The notes under the pieces: model-generated
Database searches by the model: none
What the model was told of the DNA's origin: nothing
Seen by the model: only the letters and a program-made list of their open reading frames with translations
Shown: positions 24,065 through 32,000 of the stretch, in pieces
Position numbering within the stretch: position 1 is the stretch's first letter
Layout: each line of letters opens with the position of its first letter
Source: Rhodobacter capsulatus SB 1003
GTDB lineage: Bacteria > Pseudomonadota > Alphaproteobacteria > Rhodobacterales > Rhodobacteraceae
Length of the DNA: 32,000 bases
Assembly: GCF_000021865.1 (NCBI RefSeq)
Contig: NC_014034.1
Location: forward strand, 3,270,001 to 3,302,000
Direction: 5' to 3'
Program-made: the position numbers and the translations under genes

Positions 24065-26704
24065 ATGGCCGTTGTCGTTGTCGAATCCCCCGCCAAGGCC
24101 AAGACGATCAACAAGTATCTGGGCTCCGACTATACCGTGCTGGCCTCCTTCGGTCACGTCCGCGATCTGCCGCCCAAGGATGGCTCGGTCGATCCCGACG
24201 CCGATTTCGAGATGAAATGGGAAGTCGCGGCGGACAGCAAGAAGCATATCAAGGCGATCACCGACGCGCTGGCCAATGACGACGAACTGATCCTCGCAAC
24301 CGACCCCGACCGCGAGGGCGAGGCGATTTCCTGGCACCTGCAGCAGGCTTTGGCCTCGAAGCTGAAGAAGAAAAAGGTCAGCCGCGTCACCTTCAACGCG
24401 ATCACCAAATCCGCGATCACCGAGGCGATGAAAGCGCCCCGAGAGGTCGATCAGGCCCTCGTCGATGCCTATCTGGCGCGGCGGGCGCTCGATTATCTGG
24501 TGGGGTTCAACCTGTCCCCGGTGCTGTGGCGCAAGCTTCCGGGCGCGAAATCGGCCGGGCGGGTGCAGTCGGTCTGCCTGCGGCTGATCGTCGAGCGCGA
24601 AATGGAGATCGAGGCCTTCCGGGCGCGGGAATACTGGACGGTGACGGCGGAACTGACGACGCCGCGCGGCCAGACTTTCACCGCGCGGCTGACGGTGCTG
24701 GGGGGCAAGAAGCTCGACAAGTTCGATCTGACGACGGCGACCGATGCGGAACTGGCGGTGCAGGCGGTGACGAGCCGCGATCTCACCGTGAAATCGGTCG
24801 AGGCGAAACCGGCCACCCGCAACCCCTATCCGCCCTTCATGACCTCGACCCTGCAACAGGAAGCCAGCCGCAAGTTCGGCATGGGCGCCAAGGCCTGCAT
24901 GTCGGCGGCGCAACGGCTTTATGAAGCAGGCCACATCACCTACATGCGGACCGACGGGATCGACATGGCCCCCGAGGCGGTGATGGCCGCGCGTGACGAG
25001 ATCAAGCGGCGGTTTGGCGACAAATACGTCCCCTCCAGCCCGCGGATGTACAAGAACAAGGCGAAGAACGCGCAGGAAGCGCATGAATGCATTCGCCCCA
25101 CCGACATGAGCCAGAGCCCGGACAAGCTGAAACTGGCGGATGACCAGTGGAAGCTTTACGACCTGATCTGGAAACGCACGCTTGCCAGCCAGATGTCGGC
25201 GGCGGTGATGGAACGGACCACGGTCGATGTCGGCTCGAAAGACAACGAGGTCGAGCTGCGCGCCACCGGCCAGGTGGTGACCTTTGACGGGTTTCTCAAG
25301 ATCTACGATCAGGGCCGCGACGATGACGAGGGCGAAGATGGCGCCCGTCTGCCGCAGATCATGCAGGGCGAGCCCGCGCAGAAAGGGGCGATCACGCCCG
25401 AGCAGCATTTCACCCAGCCGCCGCCGCGCTACACCGAGGCGACCCTGGTGAAGCGGATGGAGGAATTGGGCATCGGGCGGCCCTCCACCTATGCCTCGAT
25501 CCTGACGACGATCGTCGACCGCGGCTATGTGCGCAAGGACAAGAACCGGCTGATCCCCGAGGACACCGGGCGGCTGGTGACGGCCTTCCTGTCGAATTAT
25601 TTCCGCCGCTATGTCGAATATGATTTCACCGCCGATCTGGAAACGGAACTGGATGACATTTCCGCGGGCGACCGTCCCTACAGGGACGTGCTGGCCCGGT
25701 TCTGGCGCGATTTCTCGGCCGCTTTGGCCGAGACCGCCGATCTGCGCATCGGCGAGGTGCTCTCGAAGATCGACGAGGTTCTGGGCCCGCATCTTTACCC
25801 GGCGCGTGCGGATGGGTCCGATCCGCGCTCCTGCCCGGTCTGTTCGGCCGGCCGGCTGCATCTGAAAACCGCGCGCTCGGGCGGGGCCTTCATCGGCTGC
25901 GGCAATTACCCGGACTGCCGCTACACGCGGCCGCTTTCGGCCCCTGCGGACGGCGAGGCGGGCGTGCTGGATGGCAAGGTTCTGGGCGAGGACGAGGGCG
26001 CGCAGATCACGCTGCGCGTCGGCCGTTTCGGCCCCTATGTGCAAAAGGGCGAGGCAAGCGAAGAGATTCCGAAACCGCCGCGGGCGAGCCTGCCCAAGGG
26101 CTGGTCGCCCGAAAGCATCGATCTTGAGCGCGCCCTGCAACTGCTGAACCTGCCGCGCCCGATCGGCAATCACCCCGAGGATGGCGCCCTGGTCGAGGCG
26201 GGCATCGGGCGCTTCGGCCCCTATGTGAAGCACAACAGCACCTACGCGAACCTGCCCGATGTCGAAGAGGTCTTCACCATCGGCATGAACCGCGCCGTCG
26301 AAGTGCTGGCGCAGAAACTGGCCCGCGGTGGCGCCCGTGGCTCGGCCGCGGCGGCGCAACCGCTGAAGGATCTGGGCGAACACCCGGAGGGCGGCGTGGT
26401 GCAGGTGATGCCCGGCCGCTACGGGCCCTATGTGAAATGGGGCAAGGTCAATGCGACGCTGCCCAAGGGCACGGAGCCCGAGGCGATGACGCTGGAAGAA
26501 GCCCTGCCGCTGCTGGAGGCCAAGGCCTCGAAAGGCGGCAAGAAGGCGGCGCCGAAAAAGGCCGCCAAGCCCGCCGCCGAGAAGAAACCGGCGGCAAAGA
26601 AGGCCGCGACCAAGACGGCGACCAAGACCGCCGCCAAGAAGCCCGCGGCGAAGAAGGCCGCCCCGAAAAAAGCCGCGCCCGAAGCGGACGTGGTCGAGGA
26701 CTGA
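24065..26704 (+). CDS. topA: DNA topoisomerase I
   Basis: Start at ATG 24065 (MAVVVVESPAKAKTINKYLG, the TOPRIM N-terminus). The active-site region is GHITYMRTDG. There is one C4 zinc ribbon (CPVCSAGRL...CGNYPDC) and three GR(F/Y)GPYV C-terminal repeats. The ORF-track start 23423 adds 214 R/P-rich residues and is rejected. Confidence 0.97.
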   Translation: MAVVVVESPAKAKTINKYLGSDYTVLASFGHVRDLPPKDGSVDPDADFEMKWEVAADSKKHIKAITDALANDDELILATDPDREGEAISWHLQQALASKLKKKKVSRVTFNAITKSAITEAMKAPREVDQALVDAYLARRALDYLVGFNLSPVLWRKLPGAKSAGRVQSVCLRLIVEREMEIEAFRAREYWTVTAELTTPRGQTFTARLTVLGGKKLDKFDLTTATDAELAVQAVTSRDLTVKSVEAKPATRNPYPPFMTSTLQQEASRKFGMGAKACMSAAQRLYEAGHITYMRTDGIDMAPEAVMAARDEIKRRFGDKYVPSSPRMYKNKAKNAQEAHECIRPTDMSQSPDKLKLADDQWKLYDLIWKRTLASQMSAAVMERTTVDVGSKDNEVELRATGQVVTFDGFLKIYDQGRDDDEGEDGARLPQIMQGEPAQKGAITPEQHFTQPPPRYTEATLVKRMEELGIGRPSTYASILTTIVDRGYVRKDKNRLIPEDTGRLVTAFLSNYFRRYVEYDFTADLETELDDISAGDRPYRDVLARFWRDFSAALAETADLRIGEVLSKIDEVLGPHLYPARADGSDPRSCPVCSAGRLHLKTARSGGAFIGCGNYPDCRYTRPLSAPADGEAGVLDGKVLGEDEGAQITLRVGRFGPYVQKGEASEEIPKPPRASLPKGWSPESIDLERALQLLNLPRPIGNHPEDGALVEAGIGRFGPYVKHNSTYANLPDVEEVFTIGMNRAVEVLAQKLARGGARGSAAAAQPLKDLGEHPEGGVVQVMPGRYGPYVKWGKVNATLPKGTEPEAMTLEEALPLLEAKASKGGKKAAPKKAAKPAAEKKPAAKKAATKTATKTAAKKPAAKKAAPKKAAPEADVVED

Positions 26705-26779
26705 CCCCTCGCCGCAACGCGGCAATTGACTTGGACCCGTTGCCTTGCCAAGCTTTGCGCAAGGTAACGGGAGGGTTTC

Positions 26780-27544
26780 ATGAACAAGATCTACGGCTCG
26801 GCGCGAGAGGCCCTTGACGGGCTTCTCTCCGACGGGATGACGCTGGCGGCGGGGGGGTTCGGCCTTTGCGGCATCCCCGAAATGCTGATCGATGCGCTGG
26901 TCGAAAGCGGCATCAAGGATATCACCATCGCCTCGAACAACTGCGGCGTGGACGGGTTCGGTCTGGGCAAGCTCTTGGATACCCGGCAGATCAAGAAGAT
27001 GATCTCCTCCTATGTCGGCGAGAATGCCGAATTCATGCGCCAGTATCTGTCGGGCGAGCTGGAACTTGAATTCAACCCGCAGGGCACCCTGGCGGAGCGG
27101 ATGCGGGCGGGCGGCTGCGGCATCCCCGGGTTCTACACCAAGACCGGCGTCGGCACCGTGGTGGCCGAGGGCAAGGAGCACAAGGACTTCGACGGCGAGA
27201 CCTATATCCTTGAACGCGCCATCATCGCCGATGTGTCGATCGTCAAGGCCTGGAAGGCCGATCCCTCGGGCAATGCGGTGTTCCGCAAGACCGCGCGCAA
27301 CTTCAACCCGCCCGCCGCGATGTGCGGGAAAGTCTGCGTGATGGAGGTCGAGGAGATCGTGCCCTTGGGCGCGCTGGACCCCGACCATATCCACCTGCCC
27401 GGGATCTATGTGCACCGGCTGATTCAGGGCCAACACGAGAAGCGGATCGAGCAACGCACCACGCGCAAACGCGAAGTTGCGCAGGCGGAAGTGGGAACCG
27501 GTTCCGCCGCCCGCGCGACCGCGCACGAAAAACGGGAGGTGTGA
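26780..27544 (+). CDS. scoA: 3-oxoacid CoA-transferase subunit A
   Basis: [34 protein letters not shown] is the characteristic CoA-transferase A-subunit N-terminus. The B subunit follows directly. Confidence 0.9.
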   Translation: MNKIYGSAREALDGLLSDGMTLAAGGFGLCGIPEMLIDALVESGIKDITIASNNCGVDGFGLGKLLDTRQIKKMISSYVGENAEFMRQYLSGELELEFNPQGTLAERMRAGGCGIPGFYTKTGVGTVVAEGKEHKDFDGETYILERAIIADVSIVKAWKADPSGNAVFRKTARNFNPPAAMCGKVCVMEVEEIVPLGALDPDHIHLPGIYVHRLIQGQHEKRIEQRTTRKREVAQAEVGTGSAARATAHEKREV

Positions 27545-27546
27545 TC

Positions 27547-28176
27547 ATGGCCTGGGATCGCAACCAGATGGCGGCGCGGGCCGCCAAGGAACTGAAAGAC
27601 GGGACTTATGTGAACCTCGGCATCGGGATTCCGACGCTGGTGCCGAACTTCATCCCCGAGGGGGTGTCGGTGACGCTGCAATCGGAAAACGGCATGCTCG
27701 GCATGGGGCCCTTTCCCTATGAGGGCGAGGAAGACCCCGATCTGATCAACGCGGGCAAGCAGACGATCACCGAATTGCCGCAGACCGCCTATTTCGACAG
27801 TGCGACCAGTTTCGGGATGATCCGCGGCGGCAAGATCGCGATGGCGATTCTGGGCGCGATGGAAGTGTCGGAAACCGGCGATCTGGCGAACTGGATGATC
27901 CCGGGCAAGCTGGTCAAGGGCATGGGCGGCGCCATGGACCTTGTGGCCGGGGTCAAGCGCGTCGTCGTGGTGATGGATCACACCAACAAGGCGGGCGAAT
28001 CGAAGGTGCTGCACGCCTGCACTCTGCCTTTGACCGGCAAGGCGGTGGTGAACCGGATCATCTCGAACCTCGGCGTGCTGGATGTGGTGCCCGGCGGCCT
28101 CAAGATCGTCGAACTGGCGGACGGCGTGACCGAGGCGGAGCTGCGCGCCGCCACCGAGGCGACGATCGTCGATTGA
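27547..28176 (+). CDS. scoB: 3-oxoacid CoA-transferase subunit B
   Basis: Start at ATG 27547, 2 nt after the scoA stop. It carries [23 protein letters not shown] and the SENG catalytic Glu motif ([11 protein letters not shown]). Confidence 0.9.
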   Translation: MAWDRNQMAARAAKELKDGTYVNLGIGIPTLVPNFIPEGVSVTLQSENGMLGMGPFPYEGEEDPDLINAGKQTITELPQTAYFDSATSFGMIRGGKIAMAILGAMEVSETGDLANWMIPGKLVKGMGGAMDLVAGVKRVVVVMDHTNKAGESKVLHACTLPLTGKAVVNRIISNLGVLDVVPGGLKIVELADGVTEAELRAATEATIVD

Positions 28177-28186
28177 CTGTCAAGGC

Positions 28187-28213
28187 AGGGCCCCGCCTGC
28201 GGCGGGGCTTTGC
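28187..28213 (+). terminator. Putative terminator of scoAB
   Basis: 8-bp stem gccccgcc (28190-28197) / ggcggggc (28201-28208) with a 3-nt loop, followed by TTTGCGCC (a short T tract). Confidence 0.45.
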
Positions 28214-28259
28214 GCCTGCGGCGCGAAGGGCGTACTTGCACCAAGAAAAAGACCCGCTG

Positions 28260-28328
28260 CTTTTTCTTGGTGTAAATACGCCGGGGTGAGCGGCAAAGCC
28301 GCGAGGGGCAGCGCCCCTTCCTGCCGGC
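28260..28328 (+). repeat. Intergenic repeat family, copy D
   Basis: cttTTTCTTGGtgtAAATACGCCGGGGtgaGCGGCaaaGCCGCgaGGGGCagcGCCCC. The head is also the right arm of a 13-bp perfect inverted repeat (28239-28251 / 28260-28272). Confidence 0.7.
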
Positions 28329-28394
28329 AAACAGGGTTTGCGCATGCGTAACAGCGTCATCTTGCTGCCCAAGTTGGCCCGTAGAGGACGGGGC

Positions 28395-29384
28395 ATGATG
28401 AACCACGGTCCCGACATCTCCGCCCCCAATCCTGCGCGCCCCGGGCGCGACCAGGGGCTGATGTTCGGTCTGATCGCCCTTGTCGGGCTTGGGCTCTGGA
28501 GCCTTGGCACCGCCACCGGCTGGGCCGAGATCGGCGCGCAGCTGGCCCGGTTGCAGCCCTGGCAGGTGGCGATCCTGTTGGCGCTCTCGGCGGGGAATTA
28601 TCTGCTGCGCGGCCTGCGCTGGCACGGGCTGGCGCGACGGCTGGGCCTGCCGACGGGGCTTTGGCAGAACCTGCGCCATTATCTGGGCGGCTTTGCGATG
28701 TCGGTCACGCCCGGGCGGCTGGGGGAACTCGTGCGGATGCGCTGGCTGCGGCGCGAGACCGGCTGGACGCTGGAACGCACGGCGCCGCTGGCCCTGATGG
28801 ACCGGGCAGGCGATCTGGCCGTGATGGCGCTGTTGCTTGCGCTGGCGCTGACCCTGGCCGCGGACCGGATCGCCGGGGCGGTGCCGGTGGCCGCGCTGGC
28901 GCTGGCCGCCGCCGTCACCGCGACGCGGCCGCGGCTTCTGTCCGCGCTGGTCACCCGGCTTTACCGCGCCCTTGGCCGCTTTCCGCGCGCCTTTGCCCGC
29001 GCCCGCGGCGCCGCGCGGCGGCTGACGCGCTTCTGCCACGGGCCGACGCTGGCGCTGGCGCTGGGGCTCGGCTTCCTCGGCTGGCTGGCCGAGGGCTATG
29101 CCTTTCATCTGCTTCTGGGCTTCCTTGGCGCCGAGATCGCCCTGTGGAAAGCCGTCTCGATCTTCGTCTTCGCCACGCTGGCGGGCGGTCTGACCGGCGC
29201 CCCCGGCGGGCTTGGCGGCGCCGAGGCGGCGATGGTGGCGCTACTGTCACTCGATGGCGTGCCGCTCGAAATCTCGGTTCCGGCGACGGCGGTGATCCGG
29301 CTCACCACGCTCTGGTTTGCCATCGCCCTTGGCCTGGCGGTCTTTCCGATCGCCGAGCGCGCCGCCGCCCGGGCGACGGCATAG
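28395..29384 (+). CDS. Flippase-like polytopic membrane protein (LPG_synthase_TM / UPF0104 type)
   Basis: About 330 aa with roughly 8 hydrophobic segments. The RGLRW and GGFAMSVTPGRLGELVR motifs resemble the UPF0104 family. The start is ambiguous: ATG 28395 was chosen and 28338 is possible. The stop lies 9 nt before the DprE1-like gene. Confidence 0.7.
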   Translation: MMNHGPDISAPNPARPGRDQGLMFGLIALVGLGLWSLGTATGWAEIGAQLARLQPWQVAILLALSAGNYLLRGLRWHGLARRLGLPTGLWQNLRHYLGGFAMSVTPGRLGELVRMRWLRRETGWTLERTAPLALMDRAGDLAVMALLLALALTLAADRIAGAVPVAALALAAAVTATRPRLLSALVTRLYRALGRFPRAFARARGAARRLTRFCHGPTLALALGLGFLGWLAEGYAFHLLLGFLGAEIALWKAVSIFVFATLAGGLTGAPGGLGGAEAAMVALLSLDGVPLEISVPATAVIRLTTLWFAIALGLAVFPIAERAAARATA

Positions 29385-29393
29385 GGGGCGGCG

Positions 29394-30689
29394 ATGGCCT
29401 TCCGCCCCAAGGATTATTCGGGCTGGGGACGGGCGCTGCGGGCCTCGGGCACGGTGGCGCGGCCCGACCGCGCGAGCGACCTTGCCCGCCTTGACCCCGC
29501 CCCCGCCTTCGGCATGCGCCGGTCCTATGGCGATGCCGCGCTGAACCATGGCGGCCGCGCCATCGACATGAGCGGGCTGGACCGCTTCCTGGCCTTTGAC
29601 GCCGAGACCGGGATCCTCGAGCTGGAAGCCGGGGTCCGCATCGGCGAGGTGGCCGCGGCCTTCGCGCCGCGCGGCTTTCTGCCCGCGGTGATGCCCGGCA
29701 CCGGCTTTGCCACGCTGGGCGGCTGCATCGCGCAGGATGTGCATGGCAAGAACCACCACCATGCGGGGAGTTTCGGCGCCCATGTGGCCGAGATCACGCT
29801 CTGGCAGGATGGCGCCGAAGTGACAGTGACCCCGGGCACCGGCCTGTTTCGCGCCACCGTCGGCGGGCTGGGCCAGACCGGGACGATCCTGCGCGCGAAG
29901 CTGCGGCTGGCGCCCTGCGCGGGCACGGTGATGCTGGTCACCGAGCGGCGCGCGCGGGATTGGGACCGGCACCTGACCCTGCTCGACCAATCGACCGCGA
30001 CCTATACCGTGGGCTGGATCGATGCCACCGCCACCGGCGCCAGCCTTGGCCGCGGCATCTTCGAAGAGGGCGAGGTCGCCCGCGGTCTGGTCAGGACACG
30101 CGGAAAACCGGCGAAAGTGCCGCTGGATGCGCCGCATTTCGCGCTCTCGGCGCCTGTCGTGCGGGCCTTCAACGCGGCTTACTATGCCCGTGTGCCTGCA
30201 GCCGGGAGGACGGTGGTGCGGACAATGGCGGAGTTCTTCTTTCCGCTCGACAGGATCCTCGACTGGAACCGGCTTTACGGCAGGCGCGGCTTTCATCAGT
30301 TTCAATGCGTCGTGCCGCTGGCGGCGGCGGAGGCGCTGCGGGCCATGCTCGACCGGATCGCCACTTCGGGCCTGGCCTCGCCCTTGGCCGTGCTCAAGCG
30401 GATGGGGCCGGGGCGGGCCGGGTATCTGTCCTTCCCGATGGAGGGCTATACCTTGGCCGTCGATTTCCCGAACCGTTCCGCCGCCCGCGATCTGATCCGC
30501 ACGCTGGAGGAAGACACCGTCGCGGCGGGCGGGCGGCTTTATTTCGCCAAGGATGCCCTGGCCGGGGGGACGCATATCCCCGCCATGTATCCCGAACTGG
30601 ACGCCTGGCGGCAGGAGGTGGCGCAAGCCGATCCCGCCCGGGCCTATGAGACCGACCTTGTCCGTCGGCTGAAGCTGAGGAGCCCCTGA
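29394..30689 (+). CDS. DprE1-like FAD-dependent polyprenyl-phospho-ribose 2'-oxidase
   Basis: Whole-length by-eye alignment with M. tuberculosis DprE1. Shared motifs: GWGR, RSYGD, HGKNHHHAGSFGAHV, ATVGGLGQTG, FFPLDRILDWNRLYGRRGFHQFQCVVP, GGRLYFAKD, MYPELDAW and a RRLKL end. Confidence 0.87.
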   Translation: MAFRPKDYSGWGRALRASGTVARPDRASDLARLDPAPAFGMRRSYGDAALNHGGRAIDMSGLDRFLAFDAETGILELEAGVRIGEVAAAFAPRGFLPAVMPGTGFATLGGCIAQDVHGKNHHHAGSFGAHVAEITLWQDGAEVTVTPGTGLFRATVGGLGQTGTILRAKLRLAPCAGTVMLVTERRARDWDRHLTLLDQSTATYTVGWIDATATGASLGRGIFEEGEVARGLVRTRGKPAKVPLDAPHFALSAPVVRAFNAAYYARVPAAGRTVVRTMAEFFFPLDRILDWNRLYGRRGFHQFQCVVPLAAAEALRAMLDRIATSGLASPLAVLKRMGPGRAGYLSFPMEGYTLAVDFPNRSAARDLIRTLEEDTVAAGGRLYFAKDALAGGTHIPAMYPELDAWRQEVAQADPARAYETDLVRRLKLRSP

Positions 30690-30690
30690 G

Positions 30691-31422
30691 ATGCAGAGCT
30701 GGATCATTTTGGGGGCCGGATCGGAGATGGCCCGCCCCTTCCTGCGCCGTCTGGCGGGCGACGGCGCAAGCCTGTTTCTGGCCGGTCGCAATCTGGCCGA
30801 TCTTGAAACGCTGGCGCAGGATCTGCGGCTGCGGGGCGCGGCGGCGGCCGAGGTCGTGGCCTTTGATGCCCGCGACAGCGCCGGTTATCCCGCGCTGGTG
30901 GCCCGGCTGGCCGCTTGCGAGGGCGTGCTGAATGCGGCCTCTTTCGTCGGCGCGATGCCGGATCAGGCGGCGATCGACGCCGATCCCGGGCTGATCGCCG
31001 GGGTGATCGCTGACAATTTCACCGGCCCCGCGACGTTTCTGAGCCTGCTGGCCCCGGTGCTGGAAGCCCGCGGCGCGGGTGTCGTCGTCGGCATCGGCTC
31101 GGTCGCGGGCGACCGGGGGCGGATCGGCAACTATGTTTACGGCGCGGCAAAGGCGGGGTTTGCCACCTATCTGTCGGGGCTGCGCAACCGGCTGGGCCGC
31201 CGCGGCGTGCAGGTGATGACGGTGAAGCCCGGCCCCGTGGCCACCCGGATGACCGCGGGAATGACGCTGCCTTTCATGACGACGCCCGAGGCCGTGGCCG
31301 AGGATATCGCGCAGGGCATCGCCAAACGCCGCAACGTGATCTACACGGCCAGGATCTGGGGGCCGGTGATGCGGGTGATCCGCGCCATCCCGGAACCGAT
31401 CTTCAAGAAACTCTCGATCTGA
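30691..31422 (+). CDS. DprE2-like short-chain dehydrogenase/reductase
   Basis: 243-aa SDR with a YxxxK motif (YGAAKAG). The C-terminus VIRAIPEPIFKKLSI matches the M. tuberculosis DprE2 tail (VLRHIPRSIFRKLPI). The start lies 1 nt after the DprE1-like stop. Confidence 0.83.
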   Translation: MQSWIILGAGSEMARPFLRRLAGDGASLFLAGRNLADLETLAQDLRLRGAAAAEVVAFDARDSAGYPALVARLAACEGVLNAASFVGAMPDQAAIDADPGLIAGVIADNFTGPATFLSLLAPVLEARGAGVVVGIGSVAGDRGRIGNYVYGAAKAGFATYLSGLRNRLGRRGVQVMTVKPGPVATRMTAGMTLPFMTTPEAVAEDIAQGIAKRRNVIYTARIWGPVMRVIRAIPEPIFKKLSI

Positions 31423-32000
31423 TCAGCCGAATTTCGGCGCCCGTCCGGCCATGTTGGCGGCGATGACCGCCATCTGGTCGGGCTTGCCGATCAGCGCGAT
31501 CTGTTCGCGGCTTTCCAGCTGCAAGACCTCGGCCGCGGGCGCGGCATAGGCCGCCGTGACCAGCCGCTTCGCCGCCCGGATCGCGCTGGGCGAGCGCCCG
31601 GCAATCGCGCGGGCCAGATCCAGCGCCCGCATCAGCGGATCTTCGGCCAGTTCGGTGACCAGACCCAGCCGCAGCGCCTCTTCCCCCGGGACTTCCTCGG
31701 CGGTGTAGGTCATCCGCCGCAGCACGTCGGCGCGCAAAAGCTCGGGCAGGGTCACCATGCCGCCCATGTCGGGGATCAGCCCCCATTTCATCTCCATCAC
31801 CGCAAGCCGCGTGCCCGGCGCGGCAATGCGGATATCGGCCCCGGCGGCCAGCTGCAGCCCGGCGCCGAAGACGACGCCGTGCAGCGCCGCGATCACCGGC
31901 ACCGGCAGCGCGCGCCAGCACAGCGAAAACTGCTGGAACCGGTTCGCATCGCCGTGGCTGCGGGGCGCGATCAGCGCCTCGGGGTCGCCCAGGGCCAAAG
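31423..32000 (-). CDS. Enoyl-CoA hydratase/isomerase (crotonase) family protein, N-terminus beyond window
   Basis: ORF 31423..31998 stays open to the window edge. It has the crotonase motifs HGVVFGAGLQLAAGADIRIA and MEMKWGLIPDMGG. Confidence 0.85.
   Translation of the reverse strand, partial: LALGDPEALIAPRSHGDANRFQQFSLCWRALPVPVIAALHGVVFGAGLQLAAGADIRIAAPGTRLAVMEMKWGLIPDMGGMVTLPELLRADVLRRMTYTAEEVPGEEALRLGLVTELAEDPLMRALDLARAIAGRSPSAIRAAKRLVTAAYAAPAAEVLQLESREQIALIGKPDQMAVIAANMAGRAPKFG

Noticed and set aside
26428-26787. Hydrophobic Phe/Ala/Gly-rich 119-aa minus-strand ORF that looks like a membrane peptide
   Set aside because: It is the reverse-complement mirror of the AAG/GCC-rich Lys/Ala tail of topA, so it is a sequence-composition artefact.
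23825-27526. 1233-aa minus-strand ORF spanning the whole of topA and scoA
   Set aside because: It is antisense to two genes with unmistakable family motifs. The translation is R/G/A/P/L-rich low-complexity sequence typical of the mirror frame in high-GC DNA, and no family is recognisable.
29247-30791. 514-aa minus-strand ORF across the DprE1-like gene
   Set aside because: It is antisense to a gene with full-length DprE1 similarity and has R/G/P-rich composition.
1-32000. Searched for CRISPR arrays, tRNA/rRNA genes, transposases, integrases, phage or toxin-antitoxin/defence modules
   Set aside because: I saw no regularly spaced direct repeats, no cloverleaf-like or rRNA-like segments, and no recognisable mobile-element or defence protein families. 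The window looks like core genome.

Overview
High-GC (about two-thirds G+C by eye) alphaproteobacterial chromosome segment. Protein sequences and gene order look Rhodobacter/Rhodobacterales-like, but this is inference because no search was possible. I can support 30 protein-coding genes, two of them cut by the window edges, plus one short gene missing from the ORF track (cydX). Left to right: tail of a group-2-type capsule locus (kpsS partial, Wza-like exporter lipoprotein, kpsC); nrdR-ribD; a small lipoprotein; cydABX cytochrome bd oxidase; an EcsC-family protein; a GNAT; a flavin reductase; a GT4 glycosyltransferase; an EamA transporter; the mtnP-apt salvage pair; a GlcD-like FAD oxidase; a thrC / M16 peptidase / GNAT operon; tldD; dprA; a small secreted protein; topA; scoAB CoA transferase; a three-gene operon (flippase-like membrane protein, DprE1-like oxidase, DprE2-like reductase); and a partial crotonase. 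I saw no rRNA, tRNA, CRISPR array, transposase, integrase or phage genes. This reads as mostly ordinary core genome, not an obvious accessory island or defence locus. Worth a second look: (1) the DprE1/DprE2-like lipid-linked pentose epimerase operon with a flippase-like partner; (2) a dispersed intergenic repeat family with at least five copies in the window; (3) a sharp ~32% G+C island with a CtrA-like box just upstream of dprA; (4) a perfect DnaA box next to a G9/C9 tract in the nrdR promoter region; (5) unannotated cydX; (6) a Lys/Ala-rich tail on TopA. Many long ORFs in the track are antisense artefacts of high GC content and were rejected. All alignments and motif counts were done by hand and need computational confirmation.
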